From Thermoplasmata archaeon (GTDB lineage Archaea > Thermoplasmatota > Thermoplasmata > Lutacidiplasmatales > UBA184), in the NCBI GenBank assembly GCA_035504395.1, contig DATJRX010000028.1, forward strand, positions 20,717 to 84,716: a stretch of DNA of 64,000 bases. The letters are read 5' to 3'. Positions 40,863 through 49,879 of this stretch are shown here, piece by piece. The stretch's first letter is position 1, and every line of letters begins with the position of its first letter. A program made the position numbers and the translations under genes. Below the pieces are notes generated by a model. The model worked only from the letters and a program-made list of their open reading frames with translations, made no database searches and was not told the DNA's origin.

Positions 40863-43661
40863 ATGGCCGTTGCAAGAAAGCGCCCCGCGCCCTCGCCCGA
40901 GGAACCGCCCGCCCGACCGGTAGGGCGGATCGGTCGAGAACCGATTCCGGTCCCGCGCCTGGTGCCGCGCGGCAAGACCGCATTCGACACCGTCGCCTGG
41001 CGCACCCACGACGCCGTGATCAAGAACGCCGAGGGCTCGGTGATCTTCGAGCAGAAGGGGATCCGCGCTCCCGACACCTGGTCCGAGACGAGCGTCAACA
41101 TCGCCGCGTCGAAGTACTTCCGCATCATCCAGGGTCGTCGGGAGAACTCGATCGACGGGATGATCCGGCGCGTCTGCCACTGGATCGCGTCGAAGGGCGT
41201 CGAGCTCGGCTACCTCGACACCGCCGACGAGGCGACGATCCTCGAGGAGAGCCTCGCCTACCTCATGGTGCAGCAGATGGCGGCGTTCAACAGCCCCGTC
41301 TGGTTCAACGTCGGGGTCCGCGAGCCGCCGCAGTGCTCGGCGTGCTTCATCCAGTCGATCCAGGACGACATGGACTCGATCCTCGCGCTCGCCACCAGCG
41401 AGGGCCGCCTGTTCAAGGGCGGCAGCGGGACCGGCTCCAACCTCTCGGCGCTCCGCGGGTCGCACGAGCGCCTCGCGGGGGGCGGGATCGCCTCGGGGCC
41501 CGTCTCGTTCATGCGCGCGTTCGACGCGCTCGCCGGCGTGATCAAGAGCGGCGGGACGACGCGCCGCGCGGCGAAGATGGTGATCCTCAACATGGACCAC
41601 CCCGACATCGTCGACTTCATCGACTGCAAGGTCCGCGAGGAGGACAAGGCGCTCGCGCTGATCCGCGAGGGCTACTCCGCGAACTTCGACGGCACCGATC
41701 CCGACTCTGCCTACGCGTCGATCGCCTACCAGAACGCGAACCACTCGGTCCGCATCCCCGACGCGTTCATGGACGCGGTCATCCGGGACGGCGAGTGGAA
41801 GACGTACAACCGGACCGACCACGCGGTCGCGGGCACGTTCCCGGCGCGGGAGCTCTGGCGCAAGCTCGCCTACGCGGCGTGGCGGTGCGGGGACCCCGGC
41901 GTCCAGTTCGACGACATCACCAACGACTGGCACACGAGCCCGAACTCGGGGCGGATCAACGCCTCGAACCCGTGCTCCGAGTACCTGTTCCTCGACGACA
42001 CGGCCTGCAACCTCGCGTCGATCAACCTGATGAAGTTCCTGGACGCGAAGGGGCAGTTCGACGTCGAGCTGTTCCGCCAGTCGGTGCGCACGATGATCCT
42101 CGCCATGGAGATCGTCGTCGACGCGTCGAGCTATCCGACCGCGCCGATCACCCAGAACTCGCACGACTTCCGGCCGCTCGGGCTCGGCTACGCGAACCTG
42201 GGCTCGCTGCTGATGCACTACGGCCTCGCGTACGACTCGGACGCCGGCCGCACGCTGGCCGCGGGGATCTCCGCCCTCCTCTCGGGGGAGGGGTACCACA
42301 TGTCGAGCGAGATCGCGAAGCGGACCGGCCCGTTCGCGGGCTTCGAGAAGAACCGCTCCCCGATGCTCCGAGTGATGGGCAAGCACGCGAAGGCGTCCGA
42401 GCTGATCGCGCTCAACGACCCGCGCCTCACGCCGATCGTCCAGGCCGCGGTCGACCGCTGGCACGACACGGTCAAGGCCGGCGAGCTGTGGGGGTACCGC
42501 AACGCCCAGATCTCCGTCATCGCCCCGACCGGCACGATCGGGCTCCTGATGGGCTGTGACACGCTCGGCCTCGAGCCCGAGCTCTCGCTGGTCAAGGTGA
42601 AGAACCTGGTCGGCGGCGGGATCCTCCGGATGACGAACCGGACCGTCCCCGACGGGTTGTCGAGCCTCGGCTACTCCCCCGAGGAGATCCGCGAGATCAC
42701 CTCCCACCTCGAGAAGACCGGCACGATCGAGGGCGCCCCCGGGCTCGCCCCGGAGGACCTCCCGGTCTTCGACTGCGCGCTCGCGCCGGCGGGCGGGTCG
42801 CGGACGATCGGCCCGATGGGCCACCTCCTGATGCTCGCCGCCGTCCAGCCGTTCCTCTCGGGCGGCGCGTCGAAGACGATCAACCTCCCGAACGACGCGA
42901 CGGTCGAGGACATCGAGAAGATCTACCTCGAGGCGTGGCGCCACGGCATCAAGTCGGTCGCGCTCTACCGCGACGGATGCAAGGCGAGCCAGCCGTTCGA
43001 GACCGGCAAGGGACGCGCCGGCGCCCCGGGCGGACCGCGCGGTCCGACCCGCGAGCGGCTGCCCGATGAGCGGGACGCGATCACCCACCACTTCTCCGTG
43101 GGCGGGCACGACGGGTACGTGACCGTCGGCCTCTATCCCGACGGGCGGCCGGGCGAGATCTTCTTCCGTGTCACGAAGGAGGGCTCGACCGTGAACGGCC
43201 TGATGGACTCGCTCGGGATCTCGATGTCGATGGCGCTCCAGCACGGGGTGCCGCTGAAGGACCTCGTGCGGAAGCTCGCCCACCTCCGGTTCGAGCCCGC
43301 CGGCGCGACCAACAACCCGAAGATCCGCTTCGCGAAGTCGATCCCCGACTACGTCGCCCGGTGGCTGGCGCTCGAGTTCCTGACGGAGGACGAGCGCCGC
43401 GCGATCGGGCTTGAGGGACCGGCGGCCGAGTCGAACGGCACCGGGAACGGAACCGCGGCTCCCGCGGCCCCGAAGGCGAGCGCCCCGGGCCAGACCGTGA
43501 AGTTCGAGACGCGCGTCCTGGACGCGTTCGGCGCCGACCCCGCGCCCGCGGGCGGCGTCAGCGAGGACGCCCCGTCGTGCGCGGTGTGCGGCGGGATCAT
43601 GGTCCGGTCGGGCACGTGCTACGCGTGCACGGTCTGCGGCTCCACGAGCGGCTGCTCGTAG
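40863..43661 (+). CDS. nrdJ: Adenosylcobalamin-dependent (class II) ribonucleotide reductase
   Basis: 932 aa. Motifs are NSPVWFNVG, CSACFIQS, FKGGSGTGSNLSALR, SGGTTRRAAKM, the thiyl-radical loop NASNPCSEY, SKTINLP, and a C-terminal CxxC...CxxC zinc ribbon (CAVCGG...CTVCGS). Confidence 0.9.
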   Translation: MAVARKRPAPSPEEPPARPVGRIGREPIPVPRLVPRGKTAFDTVAWRTHDAVIKNAEGSVIFEQKGIRAPDTWSETSVNIAASKYFRIIQGRRENSIDGMIRRVCHWIASKGVELGYLDTADEATILEESLAYLMVQQMAAFNSPVWFNVGVREPPQCSACFIQSIQDDMDSILALATSEGRLFKGGSGTGSNLSALRGSHERLAGGGIASGPVSFMRAFDALAGVIKSGGTTRRAAKMVILNMDHPDIVDFIDCKVREEDKALALIREGYSANFDGTDPDSAYASIAYQNANHSVRIPDAFMDAVIRDGEWKTYNRTDHAVAGTFPARELWRKLAYAAWRCGDPGVQFDDITNDWHTSPNSGRINASNPCSEYLFLDDTACNLASINLMKFLDAKGQFDVELFRQSVRTMILAMEIVVDASSYPTAPITQNSHDFRPLGLGYANLGSLLMHYGLAYDSDAGRTLAAGISALLSGEGYHMSSEIAKRTGPFAGFEKNRSPMLRVMGKHAKASELIALNDPRLTPIVQAAVDRWHDTVKAGELWGYRNAQISVIAPTGTIGLLMGCDTLGLEPELSLVKVKNLVGGGILRMTNRTVPDGLSSLGYSPEEIREITSHLEKTGTIEGAPGLAPEDLPVFDCALAPAGGSRTIGPMGHLLMLAAVQPFLSGGASKTINLPNDATVEDIEKIYLEAWRHGIKSVALYRDGCKASQPFETGKGRAGAPGGPRGPTRERLPDERDAITHHFSVGGHDGYVTVGLYPDGRPGEIFFRVTKEGSTVNGLMDSLGISMSMALQHGVPLKDLVRKLAHLRFEPAGATNNPKIRFAKSIPDYVARWLALEFLTEDERRAIGLEGPAAESNGTGNGTAAPAAPKASAPGQTVKFETRVLDAFGADPAPAGGVSEDAPSCAVCGGIMVRSGTCYACTVCGSTSGCS

Positions 43662-43680
43662 GCGCGGGGCAAGCCGCGCC
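43661..43680. terminator. GC hairpin filling the gap between the convergent nrdJ and MFS genes
   Basis: ggcgcgg-ggcaag-ccgcgcc is a 7-bp perfect stem. It occupies the 19 nt between TAG 43659-43661 and the minus-strand stop at 43681-43683, with its first base shared with the TAG. There is no T-tract, so termination function is uncertain. Confidence 0.3.
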
Positions 43681-45255
43681 CTACGGCCGGCTGGCGGCGG
43701 TGATCGTCGGGGCCGGTTCCTCGGCGACCGCCGTGTGGCCGGCCTGCCCGCTGCGCGTCCCGTCCGCCAGGAACCGGAAGTTCCTCAGGCCGAGCGAGAG
43801 GACCGCGCCGACGAGCCCGATCGCGGCGGTGACCCCGAAGACGATGAGGTAGCCCGCGACGTGGTAGTTCAGGAACGAGTAGCCCGGATAGAGGACCTGG
43901 GAGAACGCGTAGCTCGCGAGGATCGACGTGACCAGGACCGGGCCGATCGCGCTCCCGAGGTTCCGGAACGTCTGGTTCATCCCCGTCTGGACCCCCATCG
44001 TCTTCGGATCGACCGACAGCACGATCACGTTCGACATCGAGATCAGCACCGCGACGTTCCCGACCATGATCGGGATCGCGAGCGCGCCGATCTGCACCGT
44101 GGTCGCGTGGAAGCCGATCAGGCCGAGCGCCCCGACGAAGATCAGGACGAACCCGAACACCATCACCGGCTTCGGGCCGTAGCGGCTGATCGCGCGGCCG
44201 AGGAACGGCCCGGTGACCATCATGCTGAGCACCGCCGGGATGAAGATGAGCGCGGCATCGAGCTCGGAGAGGCCGAACCCGGGGCTCGGGTACTCCCCGA
44301 AGATGATCAGGACCGTGAACAGGAGGAACATCGTCATGCCGACGATGACCCCGTTGAGGTTCGAGATCGCGATGTTGCGCTCCTTGAGCGCGGAGAACTG
44401 GACGACGGGGCTGGGGGCTCGCGGCTCCCACCAGAGGAACACCCCGAACCCGACGAGCGCGAGCAGGAAGAACTGCGGGACGCCCCACGGGATCCCGCCG
44501 AACGACTGGGCCGAGAGGCTCGTCCACCCCCAGTAGGCGCCCTCGGTGATGCCGAGCATCAGCATCGTGAGGCCGAAGCCGAGGCTCGTGACGCCGGGGA
44601 TGTCGATCTTCCGCGCGAGGCGGATCGTCGACTCGCGGACGAAGACGAGGGCGAGGACGAAGACGAGGATCGCGATCGGGATGACCGTGTGGTACGTGAG
44701 CTGCCAGCCGTAGGTCTGGGCGATCCACCCGCCGCCCACGAGGCCGGCGGCCGCGCCGGTCGCGAACATCCCCGAGAGGAGGCCCTGCGCCTGGCCCACG
44801 CGGGCCGGCGGGAAGATCTCGGGCAGCATCGCGAACCCGAGCGGGAACATCGCCATGCCGACGCCCTGGACCGCGCGGACGAGGATCAGGACGTAGATCT
44901 GGTTCGGCCGGGAGAGGCCGAACGCCGCCCCGATGTTCGGGGAGAACCCCGCGACCGTGACCGCGACGGCGTAGACGCCCATCGCGACCAGGAGGATCTT
45001 CTTCTTGCCGTAGATGTCGCCGAGCTTGCCGAAGATCGGCGTGACGACGACGCCCACGAGCAGGTAGGCGGAGAGGATCCACGCGATCGTGCTCGCGTCG
45101 GAGACCTGGAAGAACGACTCGAAGTTCGAGAACGCGGGCAGGACCATCGTCTCGACGTAGGTGACCATGATCGCCATGCCGGCGAGGATGAGCAGGACCC
45201 GCCACGCATACTTGTCGTCGTAGGTGCGGGTCGCGGGCGCGGCGGGGGCGCTCAT
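43681..45255 (-). CDS. MFS transporter (14-TMS DHA2/EmrB-like)
   Basis: Internal ATG 45255 forms an ATGA overlap with the marR stop. MFS motif A is GKLGDIYGKKKILL. About 14 hydrophobic segments are visible. Confidence 0.85.
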   Translation of the reverse strand: MSAPAAPATRTYDDKYAWRVLLILAGMAIMVTYVETMVLPAFSNFESFFQVSDASTIAWILSAYLLVGVVVTPIFGKLGDIYGKKKILLVAMGVYAVAVTVAGFSPNIGAAFGLSRPNQIYVLILVRAVQGVGMAMFPLGFAMLPEIFPPARVGQAQGLLSGMFATGAAAGLVGGGWIAQTYGWQLTYHTVIPIAILVFVLALVFVRESTIRLARKIDIPGVTSLGFGLTMLMLGITEGAYWGWTSLSAQSFGGIPWGVPQFFLLALVGFGVFLWWEPRAPSPVVQFSALKERNIAISNLNGVIVGMTMFLLFTVLIIFGEYPSPGFGLSELDAALIFIPAVLSMMVTGPFLGRAISRYGPKPVMVFGFVLIFVGALGLIGFHATTVQIGALAIPIMVGNVAVLISMSNVIVLSVDPKTMGVQTGMNQTFRNLGSAIGPVLVTSILASYAFSQVLYPGYSFLNYHVAGYLIVFGVTAAIGLVGAVLSLGLRNFRFLADGTRSGQAGHTAVAEEPAPTITAASRP

Positions 45256-45716
45256 GGGCGCTCTCCGAGCCGCGACGAGATCGTCGCCAGCGTCGCGGCG
45301 GTCGTGCGGAGGTCCTCGGGCCGGATGCCGTCCGCCGCGTCGCCGAGCGCGCGTCCGATGTCCCGCCGGACGGCCGCCTCGGCGCGCCGGCCGTGGGCGG
45401 TCGGCACGAGTTCGACCACGCGCCGGTCCTTCTCGGACCGTCGCCGGGCGATGAGGCCCGCGTCCTCGAGCCCGTCGAGGGCCCCGCACGCGGCCGGCCC
45501 GCTGACCGCCAGGTGGCGGGAGACGCGGGTGAGGGTCGGGGAGTCGAGCGTCGAGATCAGGTGCAGCATCCAGAACCGGCCCATCGTGAGGCCCTCGCGC
45601 TCGAGCGTCGGCTGCAGCTCGTGGAGGACGCCGCGCATGAGCCCGTGGATCGACTCGGCCAGGGCCGCCTCGACCTCCTCGGGCGCCGCGCGCGGCGCTC
45701 GCATCGCGATGGCCAT
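45252..45716 (-). CDS. MarR-family transcriptional regulator
   Basis: 154 aa. The wHTH is LTMGRFWMLHLIS...PTLTRVSRHLAVSGPAACGALDGLEDAGLIARRRSEKDRRVVELVPT, with the DRR wing motif. Confidence 0.85.
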   Translation of the reverse strand: MAIAMRAPRAAPEEVEAALAESIHGLMRGVLHELQPTLEREGLTMGRFWMLHLISTLDSPTLTRVSRHLAVSGPAACGALDGLEDAGLIARRRSEKDRRVVELVPTAHGRRAEAAVRRDIGRALGDAADGIRPEDLRTTAATLATISSRLGERP

Positions 45717-45740
45717 TCGGACCCCTACCTATTCCGACCG

Positions 45741-45766
45741 CTAATAATTAGGGATTATAACTATTC
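45741..45766 (-). promoter_or_regulatory. AT-rich promoter/operator region of the marR-MFS operon
   Basis: The sequence is ctaataattagggattataactattc. CTAAT-a-ATTAG (45741-45751) is a perfect 5+5 palindrome 25-35 nt upstream of the marR ATG at 45716. The minus-strand ttataat lies about 40 nt upstream. Confidence 0.4.
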
Positions 45767-45772
45767 GGGGGC

Positions 45773-46180
45773 CTACGCGAGGGCGTAGCGCGCCAGCCCG
45801 ACCAGGTCCTCGAGGCGGGGGGTCGAGTCGGTGGGGACCTCGATCGCGCCCCACACCGCGTGGATCGACCCCGACGGGAAGGCGGGGTCGCGGCCGGCGT
45901 CCCGGGCCCCGATCGCGCGGGGGAGCCCGCGCCGGTCGATCTCCAGGATCAGGGCCAGCGCCCCGACCGGGCCCGAGTCCGACGCGACCGCGTACCGGGC
46001 GCCAGAACCCCATGCCTCGACCCGGGCCTCCTCGTCGTTCAAGTGCGCGATGCGCGCCCGCCGGCCCCTCGGGCGCTTCGGCGCCGCCGGAGCCGCGCGC
46101 CAGGCGATCTTCCCGCCCGCTTCGCGGAACCGGGCCAGGAGTCCCGCGTCGATCCGGGGCCCGGACGCCCCGTCGCTCAC
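45773..46180 (-). CDS. Hypothetical 135-aa protein translationally coupled to the DUF2400 gene
   Basis: In-frame GTG 46180 forms a GTGA overlap with the upstream stop. The product is VSDGASGPRIDAGLLARFREAGGKIAWR...IAHLNDEEARVEAWGSGARYAVASDSGPVGALALILEID.... No family recognised. Confidence 0.4.
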   Translation of the reverse strand: MSDGASGPRIDAGLLARFREAGGKIAWRAAPAAPKRPRGRRARIAHLNDEEARVEAWGSGARYAVASDSGPVGALALILEIDRRGLPRAIGARDAGRDPAFPSGSIHAVWGAIEVPTDSTPRLEDLVGLARYALA

Positions 46181-47064
46181 GCGGCGACCTCCCGTCCCCT
46201 CCAGAGCCGGCAGTCGGGCCGCACCGAGCACGGCCCGCAGACCGCGAGGTCCCGGTGCTTGGGACAGTCGCCCGAGATCCCCGTGTGGCACAGCACGAAG
46301 TCGTAGCGCACGGGATCGAGGGGATCGATCCGGCGGAGCGCCTCGCTGACCTCCTCGACGGCCGCCCACGAGCGCGTCTTGCGCCCGGTGAGGCCGAGAT
46401 GGTAGGCGATCCAGTGCACGTGCTGGTCGAGCGGGACCTTGAGCTCGCCGGTCGGGACGCGGGTCCAGCACCCGAGGTCCGGGTACCGGTCCCGCACCAT
46501 CCACCGGACGAACAACGTCAGCCGCTTGCAGGCGCTCGTCGGCGCGCGCACGGGGCTCGGGAACAACGCCCGGTAGCCGCGGGGGGCGCGCCCGACGCGC
46601 GGGCCCAGCCCGTCCCCGCGCAGGACGCGCGAGAGCCGGTCCAGGCCGTGGGCAAAGCCTCCCTCCCCCAGCCCGGCGAGAAAGGCGTCCTCGAGCGCGG
46701 GGGCGGTCGCGTAGTAGGCCGTGAGGACCCGGAAGAGATGCTCGATCTGGTCGCCGCGGATCCATCGGTGGCGGAATCCCGTGAGGCGACGCGCGCGCTC
46801 CCGGGCGAACCGCGGATCGACCAGGCGACCCACGTCGCCGTCCGCGACGGCGGCGACGCGCTGGATCGCGCCCCGGATCGCCGTCGTGTTGCCGACCGCG
46901 AGCGTCGCCCCGACGATCCCGGCGATCTCGCCCGTCCGGCGGTCGTGCACGAGCGGACGGATCTCCGAGATCGGATCGTCGGCGAACGAACGATCGAACG
47001 GGAACTGCCGGTAGAGCCGCTCGAGATGCGCCGGGAGCTCGGGCGTCGGGCGGTGGGCGCGCAT
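46177..47064 (-). CDS. DUF2400/TIGR02757-like protein with an endonuclease III-like C-terminus
   Basis: Internal ATG 47064. It ends ...PLDQHVHWIAYHLGLTGRKTRSWAAVEEVSEAL...DFVLCHTGISGDCPKHRDLAVCGPCSVRPDC. This is an HhH-like segment followed by a C-x8-C-x2-C-x5-C cluster loop. The family name is from memory. Confidence 0.65.
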   Translation of the reverse strand: MRAHRPTPELPAHLERLYRQFPFDRSFADDPISEIRPLVHDRRTGEIAGIVGATLAVGNTTAIRGAIQRVAAVADGDVGRLVDPRFARERARRLTGFRHRWIRGDQIEHLFRVLTAYYATAPALEDAFLAGLGEGGFAHGLDRLSRVLRGDGLGPRVGRAPRGYRALFPSPVRAPTSACKRLTLFVRWMVRDRYPDLGCWTRVPTGELKVPLDQHVHWIAYHLGLTGRKTRSWAAVEEVSEALRRIDPLDPVRYDFVLCHTGISGDCPKHRDLAVCGPCSVRPDCRLWRGREVAA

Positions 47065-47119
47065 CCGGACGAAGGACCGCCCCGACGGATTTACGGTTGC
47101 CCGCCGGGAGCGACGGCGG

Positions 47120-47686
47120 TCACCCGACCAGCGCGGCCCGGAGCGCGTCGAAGTCGTAGCGCCCCGTGACGAGCCGCCCGTTGGCGAAGAACGTCGGCGT
47201 CGCGGCGACGCCGGCCCGGCGGGCCCCCTCGACGTCCTCCGCCACGCGGCGCGCGGCCGCCCCCGAGCGGAGGTCGCGGTTGAAGACCACGAGATCGACC
47301 GGGAGCTCGCGCGCGAGGCGCTGGTAGAGCGCCGGCGACAGCTCCGTCTGGTGCTCGAAGAGCCGGTCGTGCATGAGCCAGAACTTCGCCTGCATGTCCG
47401 CCGCCTCGGCCGCCTCGGCGGCCCCGACCGCGTTCGGGTGGATGTCGGACTGCGGGAAGTTCCGGAAGACGTAGCAGAGATCGTCGCCGAGGTCCCGGAG
47501 CAGCTCGTGGACCGCCTCGACCCCGTCGAGGCAGTTCGGGCACTCGTAGTCCCCGTACTCGACCAGCGAGTACTTCGCATCGCGGGCGTGGAGGCAGTGG
47601 TCGCGCTCGTCGATCGGGAGCACCAGTTCGGGCAGCCGGGCCGCGTCCTCGGGCCCGGGCGTGCGTGCGGTTCGGGGGTGAGCCAT
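47120..47686 (-). CDS. DsbA-like thioredoxin-fold protein (CPNC), no signal peptide
   Basis: Internal ATG 47686. VEYGDYECPNCLDG...FRNFPQSDIHPNAVGAAEAAEAADMQAKFWLMHDRLF...ATPTFFANG is the typical DsbA-family pattern. Confidence 0.7.
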   Translation of the reverse strand: MAHPRTARTPGPEDAARLPELVLPIDERDHCLHARDAKYSLVEYGDYECPNCLDGVEAVHELLRDLGDDLCYVFRNFPQSDIHPNAVGAAEAAEAADMQAKFWLMHDRLFEHQTELSPALYQRLARELPVDLVVFNRDLRSGAAARRVAEDVEGARRAGVAATPTFFANGRLVTGRYDFDALRAALVG

Positions 47687-47782
47687 CGGTGGATCGCCGC
47701 CGGAGGAGGAGGCGCCGGGGCACTTAGGCTCGGCGTCCCACGCCCCAACGGCTAAGGCGGGAATCCCCCGTGCCCTGGCGCG

Positions 47783-49447
47783 ATGGCGACGAACGCGGAG
47801 GCCGCCGAGGCGTTCCGGGACATCGCCGACCTCCTCGACGTCCTCGGCGAGCGGTTCAAGCCCGAGGCGTACCGCCGGGCGTCCCGCTCGCTCGAGAGCC
47901 TCACCGAGGATCTGCGGGCCATCGCGGGCCGGGGCGAGCTCCGCTCGATCCCGGGGGTCGGCGAGGCGATCGCCGAGAAGATCGAGGAGTTCCTTCGGAC
48001 CGGGCACATCGAGTACTACGAGCGGCTGAAGAAGGAGGTCCCGGCCGGCCTCCTGGACATCCTTCGGCTCCCCGGGCTCGGACCGAAGACGGCGCGCCGG
48101 TTCTGGCTCGAGCTCGGCGTGGAGGGCCCCGCCGAGCTGACGGCCGCGATCGACGCCGGGCGCCTCAACGGCGTCAAGGGGTTCGGCCCGAAGAAGATCG
48201 AGCAGATCCGCGCCGCGCTCGCCGCCGCGAAGAGCGCCCCGGCCTCGGGCCGGGTGCCCCTCGAGGAGGCGTACCCGATCGCGCACCGGCTCCTCGACGG
48301 CCTCCGGGCGGCCGGCGGGGTCGAGCAGCTGGAGATCGCGGGCAGCTTCCGGCGGTGCCGGGAGACGGTCGGCGACCTCGACCTCCTCGCGACCTCCGCC
48401 GAGCCCGAGAAGGTGTTCGACGCGTTCACCCATCTCCCCGAGATCCGCGAGGTGCGGCTCCGGGGCGGGACGAAGGAGACTGTCCTACTGACGAACGGCC
48501 TCCAGGTCGATCTCCGCGTGGTCGAGCCCGTCGAGTTCGGGGCGGCCCTGCTCTACTTCACCGGTTCGAAGGACCACAACGTCCACCTCCGCTCGCTCGC
48601 GCGGGACCGGGGGCTCAAGATCAACGAGTACGGGATCTTCCGGGGGGAGGAACGGGTCGGGGGCCGGACCGAGGCGGAGGTCTACTCCGCCCTCGCGCTC
48701 GACTGGGTGCCGCCCGAGATCCGCGAGGACCGCGGCGAGGTCGACCTCGCGGCCCGGCACGCCCTTCCGCGGCTCGTCGAGGCGGCAGATCTGACGGGCG
48801 AGCTCCACGTCCACCTGCCCGATGACGCCGGGGCCCCCGAGGTCGATCGGCTCCTCGCGCACGCCCGTTCGGCCCACCTCGCGTACCTGGCGGTCGTCGT
48901 CGGCGGCGTGCGCGAGGACGGCTCGGAGTTCGCCCTGCCCGCGCGGACCGTCGAGAGGCTCGGAGGGGCCGGTGCGCGAGGCCTACGGGTCGGGCGGGCC
49001 TGGGAGCACGACGCGGAGGGACGCTCCTCCCGCGCGCGGGCGCACGAGGTCGATCTCGAGATCGTCCGCCCGACGCGGGACCAGCGTGGGCCACCCACCG
49101 CACCTCCCCTACGCGGCACGTCGATCGCGGTCGCGCACGTGGGCGGAGGGGAGGCGGCGGCCCCCTGGATCGCATGGCTGCGGGGCACGGCCGGGTCGAT
49201 CGAGATCGGCCCCGGGCCCGAGCGCATCGACTCGGTCGCCGGCCGGGCGGCCCTCGAAGCGGGCGTCGGGCTCCGCGTCGTCACCCCCGTCGGGCGCGAC
49301 CCCCACGACCCGACCGCTCCGATCTCGCTTGGCTTCGCCCGCCGGGCCGGCGCGGAGAAGAAGGACGTGAGGAACGCGGCCGCGGCGGCGACCGTCACCC
49401 GGTCTTGGTCGGCGGGACGGACGGGGCAAAGCCCGACCGCGGGCTGA
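47783..49447 (+). CDS. polX: Family-X DNA polymerase (Pol beta-like core plus degenerate PHP domain)
   Basis: ATG 47783. It has an 8-kDa domain and HhH motifs (IPGVGEAIAEKI, LPGLGPKTARRF, GVKGFGPKKIEQI). The catalytic palm is GSFRRCRETVGDLDLL...DLRVV, followed by YFTGSKDHNV. The C-terminal ~220 aa keep only part of the PHP metal-ligand pattern. Confidence 0.85.
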   Translation: MATNAEAAEAFRDIADLLDVLGERFKPEAYRRASRSLESLTEDLRAIAGRGELRSIPGVGEAIAEKIEEFLRTGHIEYYERLKKEVPAGLLDILRLPGLGPKTARRFWLELGVEGPAELTAAIDAGRLNGVKGFGPKKIEQIRAALAAAKSAPASGRVPLEEAYPIAHRLLDGLRAAGGVEQLEIAGSFRRCRETVGDLDLLATSAEPEKVFDAFTHLPEIREVRLRGGTKETVLLTNGLQVDLRVVEPVEFGAALLYFTGSKDHNVHLRSLARDRGLKINEYGIFRGEERVGGRTEAEVYSALALDWVPPEIREDRGEVDLAARHALPRLVEAADLTGELHVHLPDDAGAPEVDRLLAHARSAHLAYLAVVVGGVREDGSEFALPARTVERLGGAGARGLRVGRAWEHDAEGRSSRARAHEVDLEIVRPTRDQRGPPTAPPLRGTSIAVAHVGGGEAAAPWIAWLRGTAGSIEIGPGPERIDSVAGRAALEAGVGLRVVTPVGRDPHDPTAPISLGFARRAGAEKKDVRNAAAAATVTRSWSAGRTGQSPTAG

Positions 49448-49820
49448 CCACGCGACCGCCCGAGACCGCGGCGGCGCTCGTGGCGGCCGCGAGGCAGCTC
49501 GTGCAGCGGTGCGCGGACGGCTCGATGCCGTGACGCCAGTAGCAGTCGAGGCAGAGCGCCCGACCGCAGCCCCAGCAACGGGGGGTCGATCCCCCGTAGC
49601 GCAGCGGGGCCGCGCAGCTCACGCACGCGCGCGGGACCGTGAGGGGATTCGAGCGGAACGCCGGCGGCTCGGGGAGTCGAGCCCGGGGGCCCGGTCGGGG
49701 GCTCGTGGCGGGGTTCGGAGGTGCCGGCCTGGGTCCCGGGACCTCCGCCGCTCCCGGGCGGCGGCGGCTGTCAGGCACGGGGACGACCACCACCCGGGGG
49801 TTCTTAGAGCCTCGTCTCAC
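49395..49820 (-). CDS. Possible Cys8 (4x CxxC) zinc-binding protein
   Basis: ACVSCAAPLRYGGSTPRCWGCGRALCLDCYWRHGIEPSAHRCTSC holds four CxxC pairs within 45 aa, which is unlikely by chance in this composition. The N-terminal half is Pro/Arg-rich and the start (GTG 49820) is uncertain. The 3' end overlaps the polX 3' end by 53 nt. Confidence 0.4.
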   Translation of the reverse strand: MRRGSKNPRVVVVPVPDSRRRPGAAEVPGPRPAPPNPATSPRPGPRARLPEPPAFRSNPLTVPRACVSCAAPLRYGGSTPRCWGCGRALCLDCYWRHGIEPSAHRCTSCLAAATSAAAVSGGRVVSPRSGFAPSVPPTKTG

Positions 49821-49879
49821 GATCGGTCCGTTCCTGTGGACGTTCGGGTTGAAGTAGGAGGCCGGCGCGCGCCCCCGGT

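Noticed and set aside
40374-43283. 969-aa minus-strand ORF
   Set aside because: It is antisense to nrdJ, whose class II RNR motifs are unambiguous.
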